A DNA stretch of 64,000 bases from an uncultured Chloroflexia bacterium (GCA_963725745.1 CAVRZS010000005.1:1053500-1117499), one strand, 5' to 3'. Positions 51,526-61,855 are shown, counted from the stretch's first letter. Notes: a model not told the origin generated them from the letters alone. Translations and numbers: made by a program.

Positions 51526-51834
51526 TCAGGCTTTGGGTCGACGTGGGGTGTGGCGACTCACCAGCCATTCGGCCGCCCAGCCGAGCGGCCGGTAGGGGCC
51601 GGGAAGGAACAATAGGCCGGCTCTCGCCAGCTCATGGGTCGCGGGGTGGGCGATCGCCTCGCGTGTGCGCCGCACGGCATGCGCCGGATCCGCGAGATCC
51701 CGGAGCAGGCCAACCCGATCCGTGCGCGCCCGTTGGGCGACGTCCCTGAGCGAGCCTGAGGTGGCGGTCCGCCCGATGAGGCTCCGTGTCTCCGGCAGCG
51801 AGGCCAGACGGAGCAGTGTCGTGATCGATGGCAT
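51526..51834 (-). CDS. Hypothetical protein
   Basis: 102-aa ORF MPSITTLLRLASLPETR with GGAG upstream. Confidence 0.55.
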   Translation of the reverse strand: MPSITTLLRLASLPETRSLIGRTATSGSLRDVAQRARTDRVGLLRDLADPAHAVRRTREAIAHPATHELARAGLLFLPGPYRPLGWAAEWLVSRHTPRRPKA

Positions 51835-52039
51835 GCCTTCGCTCCAGCGCGTCGCGGTCCGGGGGCGGGGAGACCCGCAATTCGTCCACGAGCATCGAGC
51901 ACCGCATGTTGCGAATGTGGCGCAGATGTCGGCTGGGAATATCAACGGCGCTGAAGCGCTGCGCAGCGAGGACTCGAAACGCGGTGGCCTCGGCCGGGTC
52001 ACGCCGCGATGTGGTTGGATGCTCAGCACCACGATGAAT

Positions 52040-52062
52040 CACTTCCTGCGTCGCCAGGCATC
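52040..52062 (+). promoter_or_regulatory. Putative autoregulatory ECF promoter CAC-N16-CATC
   Basis: 8 nt from -10 box to ATG, same geometry as the second ECF gene. Confidence 0.45.
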
Positions 52063-52070
52063 AACTCGCC

Positions 52071-52613
52071 ATGAATGCCGTGGCTGAGGACAGCGCCGCC
52101 ATCGATCTCCTGGTGGCGGGGGCGCGCGCCGGCGACGAGGCGGCCTTCACGAGGCTCGTCGCCGCGTACCACGCGGACATGCTCCGCGTGGCGTTCGTCG
52201 TCACGGGGGACGCCGACGTTGCGTCGGACGCGGCCCAGCTCGCATGGCAGACCGCCTGGCGGAAGCTCGGACACCTCCGTGAGCCGGACCGCATCCGATC
52301 GTGGCTGGTCGCGATCGCCGCCAACGAAGCGCGCCAGCTGGCGCGCCGCCAGCGCCGGCGATCAGTCGTCGAGATCGCCGTCATGCCCGGGACGGATGGG
52401 GCGGGCGATCCCACTGCCGGCATCAGCCGTCTTGACCTGGTGAATGCCCTCGCCCAGTTGAAGCCGGAGGACCGGGAGCTGCTGGCGATGCGCTTCGTCA
52501 TCGGCCTGGACTCGTTCGAGATCGCCGCGGTCCGGGGCAGATCTGCCTCGGGGACCCGCGCCCGGATCGCCCGTGTCCTCACCCAGTTGCGCAAGGAGCT
52601 GGACCGTGAGTGA
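52071..52613 (+). CDS. ECF sigma-70 factor
   Basis: GDEAAFTRLV, DAAQ, RSWLVAIAANEAR, region 4 LKPEDRELLAMR...EIA. Confidence 0.92.
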   Translation: MNAVAEDSAAIDLLVAGARAGDEAAFTRLVAAYHADMLRVAFVVTGDADVASDAAQLAWQTAWRKLGHLREPDRIRSWLVAIAANEARQLARRQRRRSVVEIAVMPGTDGAGDPTAGISRLDLVNALAQLKPEDRELLAMRFVIGLDSFEIAAVRGRSASGTRARIARVLTQLRKELDRE

Positions 52614-53895
52614 GCGGCAGACCACCCCTGACTTCGAGGACGACGTCCGGCGCGCCATGCGGTCGTACGCGGAGGAAGGCGCGCGCGCGTTCGACCCGAG
52701 ACGGATCTCGGCGCAGGCACGCGCCGCAGGAGCGGGCGCCCGGTGGTGGCCGGGCCGTACCCAACCCCTGGAGCTCCCCGTCGTGCGCTTCGCCCTGCTG
52801 GTCGTCCTGCTCGGCGTGGCGGTCACGGCCATCGCGATCGTCGGGTCACGCCTGGCGACGGCTCCGGCGCCGGTCCCCGGACTCCTCGCCGTTGCCGTAG
52901 CGGATCAGATCCTCGTGGTCGACCCCACGACGGGGACGTCGGAGGGGATCACGGCTCCGAGGCCGCACGATGCCTATCCGGTCTGGTCACCGGACGGGAC
53001 GCGACTGGTCATCTCGCAGCACGACGGCCGTGGCCGGCTGCAGCTCATGGACGCCGACGGAGCCAACCTCCACTCCGTCGTCGACGACCTGACGTCCGGG
53101 CATCCGGCCGCGTGGTCGCCCGATGGCTCGCTGATCGCCTTTGCCGGCTACCACTACCCCGGGGGTGGTGAGCCTGGTCTCTACATCGTCGGTGCCGACG
53201 GCACCTCGCTGACAATGCTCGTGCCGGAAGCCGGAGTAAGGGCGATCGGCCGCGTCTCCTGGTCGCCTGACGGATCGACGATCGCGTTCGCCGCCGTCCC
53301 CGAAGATCAAAGCGATGACGGCCTCGGCGGGTACGTCTACGTGGTCGATGTCGCGTCCCACGACGTCAGCATCGTCAGCACCTCGCGCGTCCGTCTCACG
53401 CAGGACGTCGCCCTCGCCTGGCGGCCGGGCCACATGGCACTCCTGTACGCGCAGCAGGACGAGCCGTCCGGCGAGCTGGGTCACGAGGACATCGTCCTCG
53501 CGGAACGAGTCGGCGATGCCTGGCAGGAGCGGACGTTGGTCACCGGCCTCGTCCCCAGCGCGGACACGGGCCTGTTCCCTGGCGCAATCACCTCCCCGAT
53601 GTGGCTGGACGGCGATCGCTACGTGTATGTCCGGGACAACCGGATGTGGGTCGCCACGGTCGATGGTCGCCCTGAGATCCCGATCGGCGATCCTGCGCTC
53701 GACCCGGTCGTCCCCGGCTGCGTGGCTCCGGACGGCTCCGAGGTTGCCGTCGTCGTGGCGGACGGTGGGACGGAGGAGCAGCCGAAGAGCGCGCTCCTGC
53801 TGGTGCCCACGGACGGCGGCCCGACGAGCCGGATCCGGATGGGCTGGGTCGACATCTACGGCCAGGCATGCTCGTGGCGGGTGTCGGGCCGCTGA
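52606..53895 (+). CDS. Putative anti-sigma factor: cytoplasmic N-terminus, TM, TolB-like (PD40) beta-propeller
   Basis: Overlaps the sigma stop; one TM; three WSPDG repeats. Confidence 0.8.
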   Translation: MSERQTTPDFEDDVRRAMRSYAEEGARAFDPRRISAQARAAGAGARWWPGRTQPLELPVVRFALLVVLLGVAVTAIAIVGSRLATAPAPVPGLLAVAVADQILVVDPTTGTSEGITAPRPHDAYPVWSPDGTRLVISQHDGRGRLQLMDADGANLHSVVDDLTSGHPAAWSPDGSLIAFAGYHYPGGGEPGLYIVGADGTSLTMLVPEAGVRAIGRVSWSPDGSTIAFAAVPEDQSDDGLGGYVYVVDVASHDVSIVSTSRVRLTQDVALAWRPGHMALLYAQQDEPSGELGHEDIVLAERVGDAWQERTLVTGLVPSADTGLFPGAITSPMWLDGDRYVYVRDNRMWVATVDGRPEIPIGDPALDPVVPGCVAPDGSEVAVVVADGGTEEQPKSALLLVPTDGGPTSRIRMGWVDIYGQACSWRVSGR

Positions 53896-53970
53896 CGCCC
53901 GCCCCGCCCCGGCCCGTGTCGCCCAGGTCCCCGATCGGGGCGTGAGCGGGGCAGCGTCCACCAAGCCCGC

Positions 53971-54973
53971 TCAGTGGCAGGGGCCCGCCGCGAAGTCGTG
54001 AGCCGACCCGTCGACGCCGACGAAGGCGGACGCCCATGAGTCGGCGAGGAGCGTGAGCTCCAGCACCCCGTAGGTGTCGTTGATCCTGACCAGGGAGTTC
54101 GGACGGGGATCCTTGAACGCCTCGAGTTCGGCACCGCCGGTGCCGGCGACGATCTCTACGAGGCCGCGCGCGGCGTCTGCCGTGCCGCCGGGGTCCTGCG
54201 GGGCGAAGCGCTCGTACTCGTGGTCGTGGCCGTCGAGCACGAGGTCGGCGCCACCCGCGTATAGCGCATCCCACAGCGGTCGAACCCCGCCATCGTCGCC
54301 GTGCTGGCCGCTGCTGAACCGCGGCTGGTGGAGCAGCGCGACCGTGCACAGCTCGCTGCTCGCCGCGAGGTCGTCTCGGAGCCACTTCGCCTGGTCGGAC
54401 CCGCTGCTGCAGCGACCGGCCGAGGAGGCCGCAGTTCCCGTCGAGGACGACGACGTGCCAGGCACCCAGGTCGTCGGAGAACCAGGTTCGCCCGTCGCGC
54501 GCGGCCGCGCTGCCCAAGTACGCCTCCAGGGGAGCGCCACCATCCGTGTGGACATCGTGATTGCCGGTCACCGCGAACCCGATCCGGTCCTTGACGGCGC
54601 CCCACGATCCGCCGAAGCAGTCGTTGAGCTCGGCGGTCGTCCCATCCTCGTAAGCGGTGTCACCGAGCGTCGCGATGACGCCGGGCAGGCTCGCCGCCAG
54701 CGCACCCGTCGCATCGTCGTGAGTCGAGTCGCAGCGGCCGATGTCGCCGGCCGCAAGGAGCACCGTGGCCGCAGTGCCGCCCGTGCTCGGGCCGGGTGTT
54801 GGCAGCGCGGTGGCGGACGGCACAGCGGTCGACGCTGGGGCGGGCGCGCCCGGCCACGCCGTTGACGTCGCCTGCGGTGACGCGGCAGACACCCCACAGG
54901 CGACGCTTGCCATCGCCACGACGAGGGCCGCGATCGCAAGCCTCCCGCAGCTCGGGTCCGGACGTCCGTGCAT
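53971..54973 (-). CDS. Secreted/lipoprotein metallophosphoesterase, purple acid phosphatase-like (frameshift near 54415)
   Basis: AAGD, LGDTAY, GNHD, HQPRFSSG, GHDHEYERF; SVAC lipobox-like signal. Confidence 0.85.
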
Positions 54974-55171
54974 GGCTTCGTGGGTGTCCCTCGTTGCAAC
55001 CGCCCCGACGTCTCGGGCCACATGATCGACTTGGCGGGAGGCGCCACGACTCCGGGGATTGCGATCCGAAGGATCTCACGGCGGGGGCGGATGCTGGACA
55101 ATGCGCGCAGGTCGATCCGGGCTGTCGTGCACGTCGAGCTGTCCGGCGGCGGGAGGGATCGGAGGTATGTG

Positions 55172-56090
55172 ATGGCGGATGCTCCGTACCGGCGCATCCA
55201 CGTGGTGATCAACCCGGCGTCGGGCAAGGACGAACCCATCCTCAACACGCTCAACGACGTGTTTCACCAGCACGGCGTGGACTGGGACGTGAGCATCACC
55301 AAGCAATACGGCGATGCGGCCGTCCAGGCGAAGGCGGCGCTCGCCGATGGCGTGGACCTCGTGGTCGGCTACGGCGGCGATGGGACGCAGCACGAGATCG
55401 CGAACGCCGTCCTCGAGGCTGCAGCTGCAGGCCGGAGCCCGGCTCGGATGGGGATCCTGCCCGGCGGGACCGGAAACGGCTTCGCGCGCGAGATGGGCGT
55501 GCCGGGCTCGCTGCGCGAGGCGACGGAGGCCCTGTGCACCAGCGCCCGCGTTCGCTCGATCGACGTGGGCCGGCTGCTCCGAGGTCGCGGACGCCAAGGT
55601 CCCGGACCGGTACTTCGTCCAGCGACTGTATGTCGGCGTCGAGCCCGAGGAGCAGACGAGCCGCGAGCTGAAGGACCGTTACGGGGTGTTCGCCTACGCG
55701 GTCAACCTGGCGCAGCGGGGGCCTGCGAAGGAGGTCCTGTACCGCGCCGAGGTGGACGGTGAGCCGTCGGAGTTCCAGGCCTCGAGGGTCTATGTCGTGA
55801 ACTCGGGGATGATGGGCACCGGCCTTCGCATCACCCACGGGTATGCCGTGGACGACGGCCTGCTCGACGCCTTCGCGATCGATGGGCACGCGCACGACAC
55901 GATCCTCGCGGCGGCGTCGCGCTTCCTCGACCTCCACACGGCGAGCGCGTCCCGATACGTGCGCCAGTGCCGGACCCTGCGGCTCGAGACCACGCCGGAC
56001 CAGCCCGTCTGGACCGACGGCGAGTACATCGGGCGGACGCCGATCAGCATCGAGGTCGCCCGCGGGGCGCTGTCCGTTGTCGTCCCCTGA
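55172..56090 (+). CDS. Diacylglycerol kinase (YegS/BmrU) family lipid kinase (frameshift near 55578)
   Basis: INPASG, GGDGT, LPGGTGNGFA, DDGLLD, TDGE. Confidence 0.9.
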
Positions 56091-56643
56091 CCGCACGCCG
56101 CGACTCGGACTGCTCCATCGCGGGTTCGACCGCCTTTACCCCGCGATCCGCTTCAACTACGAGCGGCTCCAGGGCCACGCCTGGTTCTCGCAGGTCACGC
56201 CGCACCTGTGGGTGGGCGGCGCGCCCACGTACGGGCGGGACTTCGAGGCGCTGGTCGCCTTCGGGATCACGGCGGTCGTGGACCTGCGTGCCGAGCGGAT
56301 CGCCGATGCCGGCTTCTTCGAGTCGCACGGCATCACCCACCGCCAGTACAGCGTGCCCGACGTCACGGTCCCGGGGCCGGAGGTCCTGACCGACGCCGTG
56401 GCCTGGATCGACGCGCAGCTGGCCGACGGCCGCACGGTGCTGATCCACTGCGCCAAGGGGCGGGGACGGTCGGCGACCGTCCTCGCGGCGTACCTCATGC
56501 GGGAGCGCGGGATGACCTTCGACGAGGCGAGCGACCTGCTCCGCTCGAAGCGCACGCTGATCAAGCTCGAAGAGCGCCACCGCCGCGTGCTCGAGTCGTG
56601 GATGGCGACGGACGAGGCACGCGAGGTGGGTTCCGGCGGCTGA
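56077..56643 (+). CDS. Dual-specificity phosphatase family protein
   Basis: HCAKGRGRS CX5R loop, LWVGGAP, VVDLRAE; overlaps kinase stop. Confidence 0.88.
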   Translation: MSSPDRTPRLGLLHRGFDRLYPAIRFNYERLQGHAWFSQVTPHLWVGGAPTYGRDFEALVAFGITAVVDLRAERIADAGFFESHGITHRQYSVPDVTVPGPEVLTDAVAWIDAQLADGRTVLIHCAKGRGRSATVLAAYLMRERGMTFDEASDLLRSKRTLIKLEERHRRVLESWMATDEAREVGSGG

Positions 56644-56825
56644 GCTGGCGATCGCAACCGCGCGTGCTTGCGACAGATCGGTAGGCCTCGTGGACTGGGG
56701 GGCCCGGCAGTGAACCCCCCTCCTTCGAGATCTGGCGAGCGCCTCCGCGGCGTGTGTCGAGCGCTGTAGGCTAGGCTTCTGGGGGTTGCTCGGACAGCAC
56801 ATGCGATCCTGGGCAGCAACCCCGT

Positions 56826-56864
56826 CGGGGCGTGGCGCAACGGTGGCGCACGTGCTTTGGGAGC
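56826..56864 (+). pseudogene. 5' half of tRNA-Pro(TGG); no 3' half adjacent
   Basis: CGGGGCG acceptor strand, GCGC/GCGC D-stem, CGTGC-TTTGGGA-GC anticodon arm (TGG 56858-56860), then similarity stops; no T-arm or CCA. Confidence 0.75.
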
Positions 56865-56988
56865 CGCTGGGGCCTAAGCGGCCTAGGGTGGGTGCCCGAG
56901 CATGAGCGGGTGAGCGGCGAAGGCACCGATTATTAGGGGCTTCGCGGGCTTGGCGGACTCGGCTGGAGGGGTTCGGCCCAGACCTCGA

Positions 56989-59402
56989 TCAGTTCGCCAC
57001 CTTGGTCCACGTGCGGCCGCCGTCCGTCGTCACGAGGAGGTCGGTGTTGACGACGGGCCAGCTGCATTCGGCATCGGGCTCGCTCGTAACCGTGCGGCGG
57101 AGATCGCAGCGGTGGACGGCGTAGAAGCGATCGGCGGATGCCACGTAGATCTCATCCAGCAGCGCCGTAGGTGTGCCGGATACATTCCGCCAGCTGGTGC
57201 CACCGTCGCGGGTTGACCAGGAGCCAGAGCCGTCCTGCGCGACGAGGACCCACTCGTCGCCCGAGAGCAGTGCGACGTGGTAGCCGACGCCGGTGTTGCC
57301 GCTCAGGAAGCTCGGCCAGCTCCGGACGAAGCGCCAGGACAGCGCGCCGTCATCGCTCACGTAGAGCTGGGTCCGTCCCCGAGGCTCATGGCGAGCACGA
57401 CGCGCCCCGTTCCGTCGGCCCACAGCCCGTCCACAACCTTGAGGTCGTTCTTCGGGGACTTTGAGCCCGTCGGGAATTGACCTTCCTGCCAGGTCGCACC
57501 GCCATCGACGGAGTACTTGAGCCGGTTGTCGAAGGGCTCGTTGTCCGCCTTGCCGTTGCTGCGCCACAGGACGCCCTTCTCATACCCGGGGATGGCGGCC
57601 ATCCCTCCCTGCGCCATGCCACCCTCCGGGCCGTCCCGCACAACCGGGCCCGCCCAACTCCTGCCGCCGTCTGTCGTCTCATAGATGCGCACCCCGGGCT
57701 GCTTGCCTCCGCCGAACCTCGCGAACCCGTGCTCGGGTGACGGGAAGAGGAGCGCGGGCATCGTCGAGCCATCCTCGAGCGGGAACCCGACCTCGGCCCA
57801 CGATTGGCCGGCGTCCCGCGTCACCCAGACCGCGGAGCCGGGCTCCTGGGTGACGAGGAACAGGGTTTCGGCATCGGGCGCCACGCTCACGGTTGCGTTG
57901 GCCGCGGGTCCCTCAACCTTCGTCCAGGTCGCCCCGCCGTCCGAGGTGCGGTACAGCCCCTCCCTCGTCGTGGCCCAGGCGACGTCGTCGGAGCCCACTC
58001 GAACGGGCTGGAAGTAGAGGCTCGAGAACGGATCGGATGCCGCCGGAGCGGGCGAGGAGTCGGCGGTCGCCGCGCTGGGCTGCCACATGGCGTCCATTGA
58101 CGTGCCGTCGGAGGTCAGCGTGCGCTCTTCACCGTCGATTGAGACAAGCCGGATGTTGCTCGTCCCGTTGGTACCGACAGTCACGGCGAGCCAGGTCGCT
58201 CCCGGTGCCACCGATGTCACCGTTGCCGTGTCGTCCAGGAGGCTGCTGCTGTCGCCCGTCTGGAAGTCCACCAGGTACAGGTGGTCGCCGGCCTCGACCG
58301 CGGGGCCTCCGGTTCCGGTCATCGTCATGACCATGCGCCGGTCGGACAGCCATGTCGGCCTGGCGAGCTTGGCGTCCTCGCTGAACACATGCTCCGAACC
58401 GTCGATGACGCTAATCGTACGCATCGTGCCCTCGGTGCCCTGCAGCTCGATACAGGCCAGCTTCGTGCTATCCAGGCTCCAGGCAGCGTCCTGGCACATG
58501 CCCAGGTGTCGTACACCGGTGCCGTCCGGGTGCAGGATCGTCGCGTCCGGCTCGGCGCCCGAGGCACCCAGCAGCAGGATCCATTCGCCGTCCGGCGACC
58601 AGGCGCCGGTACCGCCGCCCAGCGAACGTACCGCGGACCCATCGACGTTCACGACCCACGTGTCACCGGCGTCGATCACAGACCGACCGAACAGGAGACG
58701 CGTGCCGTCCGGCGACCACGATGGCTTCATCGCGCCGGTGACAACCACCCTCCGATTGGAGCCGTCCGCGTTCGCGACGCAGATGTCCGAGGCGGGCGGT
58801 TCGGCCGGCACGACGTCGGGCGGGCACTGGAAGGCGAGCATCGTCCCGTCGGGCGACCAGGCGGGCGACTCGCCCTCGGCGATGGTGCGGGCCGCACTCC
58901 CATCCGGGCGGACCGTCCGGATCACGTGCTGGCCACTCTCGACGCCGGTGTAAGCGATCAGCCCGTCCGGCAGGCCTGGTGCGGCGGAGGGGCCAGGGAC
59001 CGCGGTCTTGGACGGCTCGCTCGCGTCCGGCGCCGTGCTCGTCGTCGGAACCGGCACCACGACGAGGCGGTCTTCGTCCGTGCGGCGGACCAGCTCCGCG
59101 CCGACGGCCAACGAGCCCAGCGCAAGCAGGGTCAGCAGGGTGGCGACGAGAACCAGCCGGAGCTGGTGCCGGGCGTCAGCCGGGTGCAGGGCTGCGTCGA
59201 GGATCTCCAGCCCGCGGCGCTCCGGGAGGACGACCTGCGGCAGGTGCCCCATCGCCTCGGCGTCACCTCGGATCCCGGCGACCGAGCGTGCGCAGGCCTG
59301 GCAGCCTTCGAGGTGCTGCTCGAGGTCGTGGCGCTCGGACGGGGAGAGCCGGAAGTCGATCGCGGCGGCGGCAAGCTCGAGGAACGGGGTGTGGGACGTC
59401 AT
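56989..59402 (-). CDS. Anti-sigma factor: zf-HC2, TM, TolB-like propeller and Asp-box (BNR) propeller (frameshift near 57372)
   Basis: HLEGCQAC; WSPDG repeats; multiple (T/S)xDGGxTW Asp boxes; ATGA overlap with sigma gene. Confidence 0.85.
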
Positions 59403-59971
59403 CGCGCGGCCTCCGCCTCTTCGAGGCGCTGCCTGACCCGGACGCGGGTCCGGCACAGCAGGGTTCGTGTGGCGGTCTCGCTGCGGCCGATGGCCGCCGC
59501 GATCTCAACGCCGGAGAAGCCCTCGCTCGACATGAGGAGCGCCGCCCGGGCGTCGGGCGCGAGGTCCGCGAGCGCGGCGGTCAGGCCGGCGCGGCCCTCG
59601 CGCTGGAGAAAGCTCGCCTCCGGGGTGAACGACGTCGTCGTCTGTTCTTCCGTGCTCCGCAGCTTGGCGATCCCTCGGATGGCGGCGGAGATGCGCCGGC
59701 CGCGGCTGACCGCGAGGTTGGCGCCGACCCGGTACAGCCATGCCCGGGTGTTTTCCGGCGCGCGGCCTGCCCGAGACTCTGTCGTCAGGCGCAGGAAGGT
59801 CTCGGAGAGAAGGTCCTCGGCAACCTCGGGGCTGCGGGTGGTCCGGATGAGGAACGCGTACACCTCAGCGTGGTGAGCGGTCCAGGCGGCGACGACAGCC
59901 GCGTCCACCAGTGCCGCGCGGGTCGCGCTTGCGGAATCGACCGGCTCGAGGGGCGCGCTCAGCGGATCCAC
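59399..59971 (-). CDS. ECF sigma-70 factor
   Basis: AEDLLSETFLRL, RAWLYRVGANL, EGFSGVEIAAAIGRSETATRTLLCR. Confidence 0.92.
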   Translation of the reverse strand: MDPLSAPLEPVDSASATRAALVDAAVVAAWTAHHAEVYAFLIRTTRSPEVAEDLLSETFLRLTTESRAGRAPENTRAWLYRVGANLAVSRGRRISAAIRGIAKLRSTEEQTTTSFTPEASFLQREGRAGLTAALADLAPDARAALLMSSEGFSGVEIAAAIGRSETATRTLLCRTRVRVRQRLEEAEAAR

Positions 59972-59976
59972 GGCGG

Positions 59977-60005
59977 TGAGACGCGCTTCATCGATCCGTG
60001 TGGCA
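59977..60005 (-). promoter_or_regulatory. Putative autoregulatory ECF promoter CACA-N13-CGCGTCTCA
   Basis: TGCCACA...CGTC, 8 nt before GTG start; near-identical boxes at 63962-63987. Confidence 0.6.
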
Positions 60006-60353
60006 GCAGTGCGGCACTCGGCGGAGCCGCCAAACGACGAGCTCGCCCTCGCCCTGGGACGAGCTGATGCCGATGACATCCGCCGGTCCGTTCGCGACGA
60101 GGCCCGGACCATAGTCGAACCGGGGCGTCGCAGCCTGCGGCACCTTCGGCCAGGAGACTCCGTCGTCGCTCACCCAGGGTTCGTGCGGTACGCCGTCATA
60201 CGTGGTCCCCTCGGCACCGACGGCGCCGTAGCCGCGCGCCGATACCAGCAGACTCGTCACTGCCGTGTCGAGAGAGGGAACGACCGTGGTGTCGGCGCAG
60301 CCGGCCGCGACGACGGCGCCTACGACGACGAAGATCGCGTGGGTCCGTGCCAT
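59988..60353 (-). CDS. Short lipoprotein with a single Asp-box, possibly an internally deleted remnant
   Basis: GGAGG RBS, VAAGC lipobox, WVSDDGVSW. Confidence 0.5.
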   Translation of the reverse strand: MARTHAIFVVVGAVVAAGCADTTVVPSLDTAVTSLLVSARGYGAVGAEGTTYDGVPHEPWVSDDGVSWPKVPQAATPRFDYGPGLVANGPADVIGISSSQGEGELVVWRLRRVPHCCHTDR

Positions 60354-60637
60354 GCCGGTGCCTCCGCTCGTTCGATCGCAGAAGGGGATACCAATGGTCC
60401 CTGCAGCGGCTCTGACGCGTGGCCTGCACGATTGTGGCATCGCTCGTGCGGCGTGATGCTTCGGGCGCCGGAAACGAGACCCGGCCCGGCCGCCGGCTGA
60501 TGGCGCAGTCTGGGCTAGGCTCCAGGACCGATCGCGGCGTGGCGCACGGTGGGCGTCATACGGCCTCTCTCGGCTACGATGCGACCTGGGGAGACGTGGG
60601 TCGGGCTGGTCGGAGCCTGGGCACCGCGTGCCAGCGC

Positions 60638-60662
60638 GTAACATCGGGGCCCCGAGGGCGTC
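60638..60662 (+). promoter_or_regulatory. Putative ECF promoter GTAAC-N16-CGTC
   Basis: Canonical AAC/CGT ECF boxes about 55 nt upstream of the lipoprotein ATG. Confidence 0.4.
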
Positions 60663-60715
60663 GAACCCGGCACTGCCCACCCGGGCAGGCTGGCATACGA
60701 GCGGGAGCGATTTCG

Positions 60716-61855
60716 ATGAGGCCTTTCGTCGGCGTGAAGGGGCTTCTCGCGATCGCCTCTTTCGTCTCGGCCTGTGGTGGCACGGTCCAGCTCAACACGG
60801 CGACCGCTACCCCGAACCCGTCGCCCACCCCAGGCGCGAATGCCCCAGCTTCGCCTGCTCCCATCACGTCCGATAGCGGATTCCTCTCCGGCGTGGATGC
60901 CAGAACGCTGACGGCAGAATCCGAGGCGCGTGGTCTGTCCTGCAGCGAGTCCTCGGGTGGTTTCTCCGGGGACGAGCCCACCAAACAAGCGTGGTCCTGT
61001 GACGGCCCTGCCGCGGACGGTAGCGATCTGATGACTGGCGCCCAGGGGCCCGACCCGACTCGCATCGATATCGCCACCGCCGAAGTCCTCGAGTACGAGT
61101 CGGTAAAGGTCGAGACCATTACCGACTTCCTCGGTGCGATGATCAACCTGTTCGGCGGTGCGGATGGGGCGCAGGCGAGGGCTTGGCTGCTGGCATCTCT
61201 CCCCGACGCCCAGCGTGACGGGTACATCGAGACGGATATTGGCGGCAAGCACTTCCGTCTGAGGTTCGACATGAACGGCAACTCGAGTGCGACGTACCTC
61301 TCTGCCATGTCCTCAGCAGGTCCGCCGGCGTCGTCAACGCCGGGACCCCTTCCGAGCGGTCCGGGGGCTGCCTATTTCGGCGAGCTGCAGGGTGTTCCAG
61401 GTGGTTGGATGACATTCGTGGACCCGGGCGGGAAGTTCAGCGTCGCCTTTCCGGCGCAACCGACGGGGAGTGGTCCAGATGTGACCACCGGACCGGATGG
61501 ATCCACCTCAACGGCCGTCTACGAATGGGCGTCGAAGGATCGCGACATCTCTTACGCCATCGTCGCGACTGACCACGCGCATGGGGTATTGGGCGGCAAG
61601 GATCCGGCTGTCGTCCTCGAAGCGGCAGCAGATGGCTACTTGCGCCTGTTCAATGCTGACCCGGTCGGCCGATCGGCGACGAAGGTTGGTACTCATTTTG
61701 CCCTGGATGCAGTTGAAACCAACGCCAACGGATATGTGTGCCTTCGCTTCGTGATCGTTGGCGACCGGCTCTATGGTCTGGGGGGCACCGACACCCACCG
61801 CTGCCCGGTCGACATGGCGGGATTTGTCGGCTCGTTCAGCATCGAGGACGAATAG
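60716..61855 (+). CDS. Two-domain lipoprotein, C-terminal domain PsbP/Mog1-like
   Basis: VSAC lipobox, Pro/Thr linkers, WMTFVDPGGKFSVAFP. Confidence 0.7.
   Translation: MRPFVGVKGLLAIASFVSACGGTVQLNTATATPNPSPTPGANAPASPAPITSDSGFLSGVDARTLTAESEARGLSCSESSGGFSGDEPTKQAWSCDGPAADGSDLMTGAQGPDPTRIDIATAEVLEYESVKVETITDFLGAMINLFGGADGAQARAWLLASLPDAQRDGYIETDIGGKHFRLRFDMNGNSSATYLSAMSSAGPPASSTPGPLPSGPGAAYFGELQGVPGGWMTFVDPGGKFSVAFPAQPTGSGPDVTTGPDGSTSTAVYEWASKDRDISYAIVATDHAHGVLGGKDPAVVLEAAADGYLRLFNADPVGRSATKVGTHFALDAVETNANGYVCLRFVIVGDRLYGLGGTDTHRCPVDMAGFVGSFSIEDE

Noticed and set aside
56826-56990. Intron-containing or permuted tRNA-Pro
   Set aside because: The break is in the anticodon stem, not the loop; no group I core or 3' exon found nearby on either side
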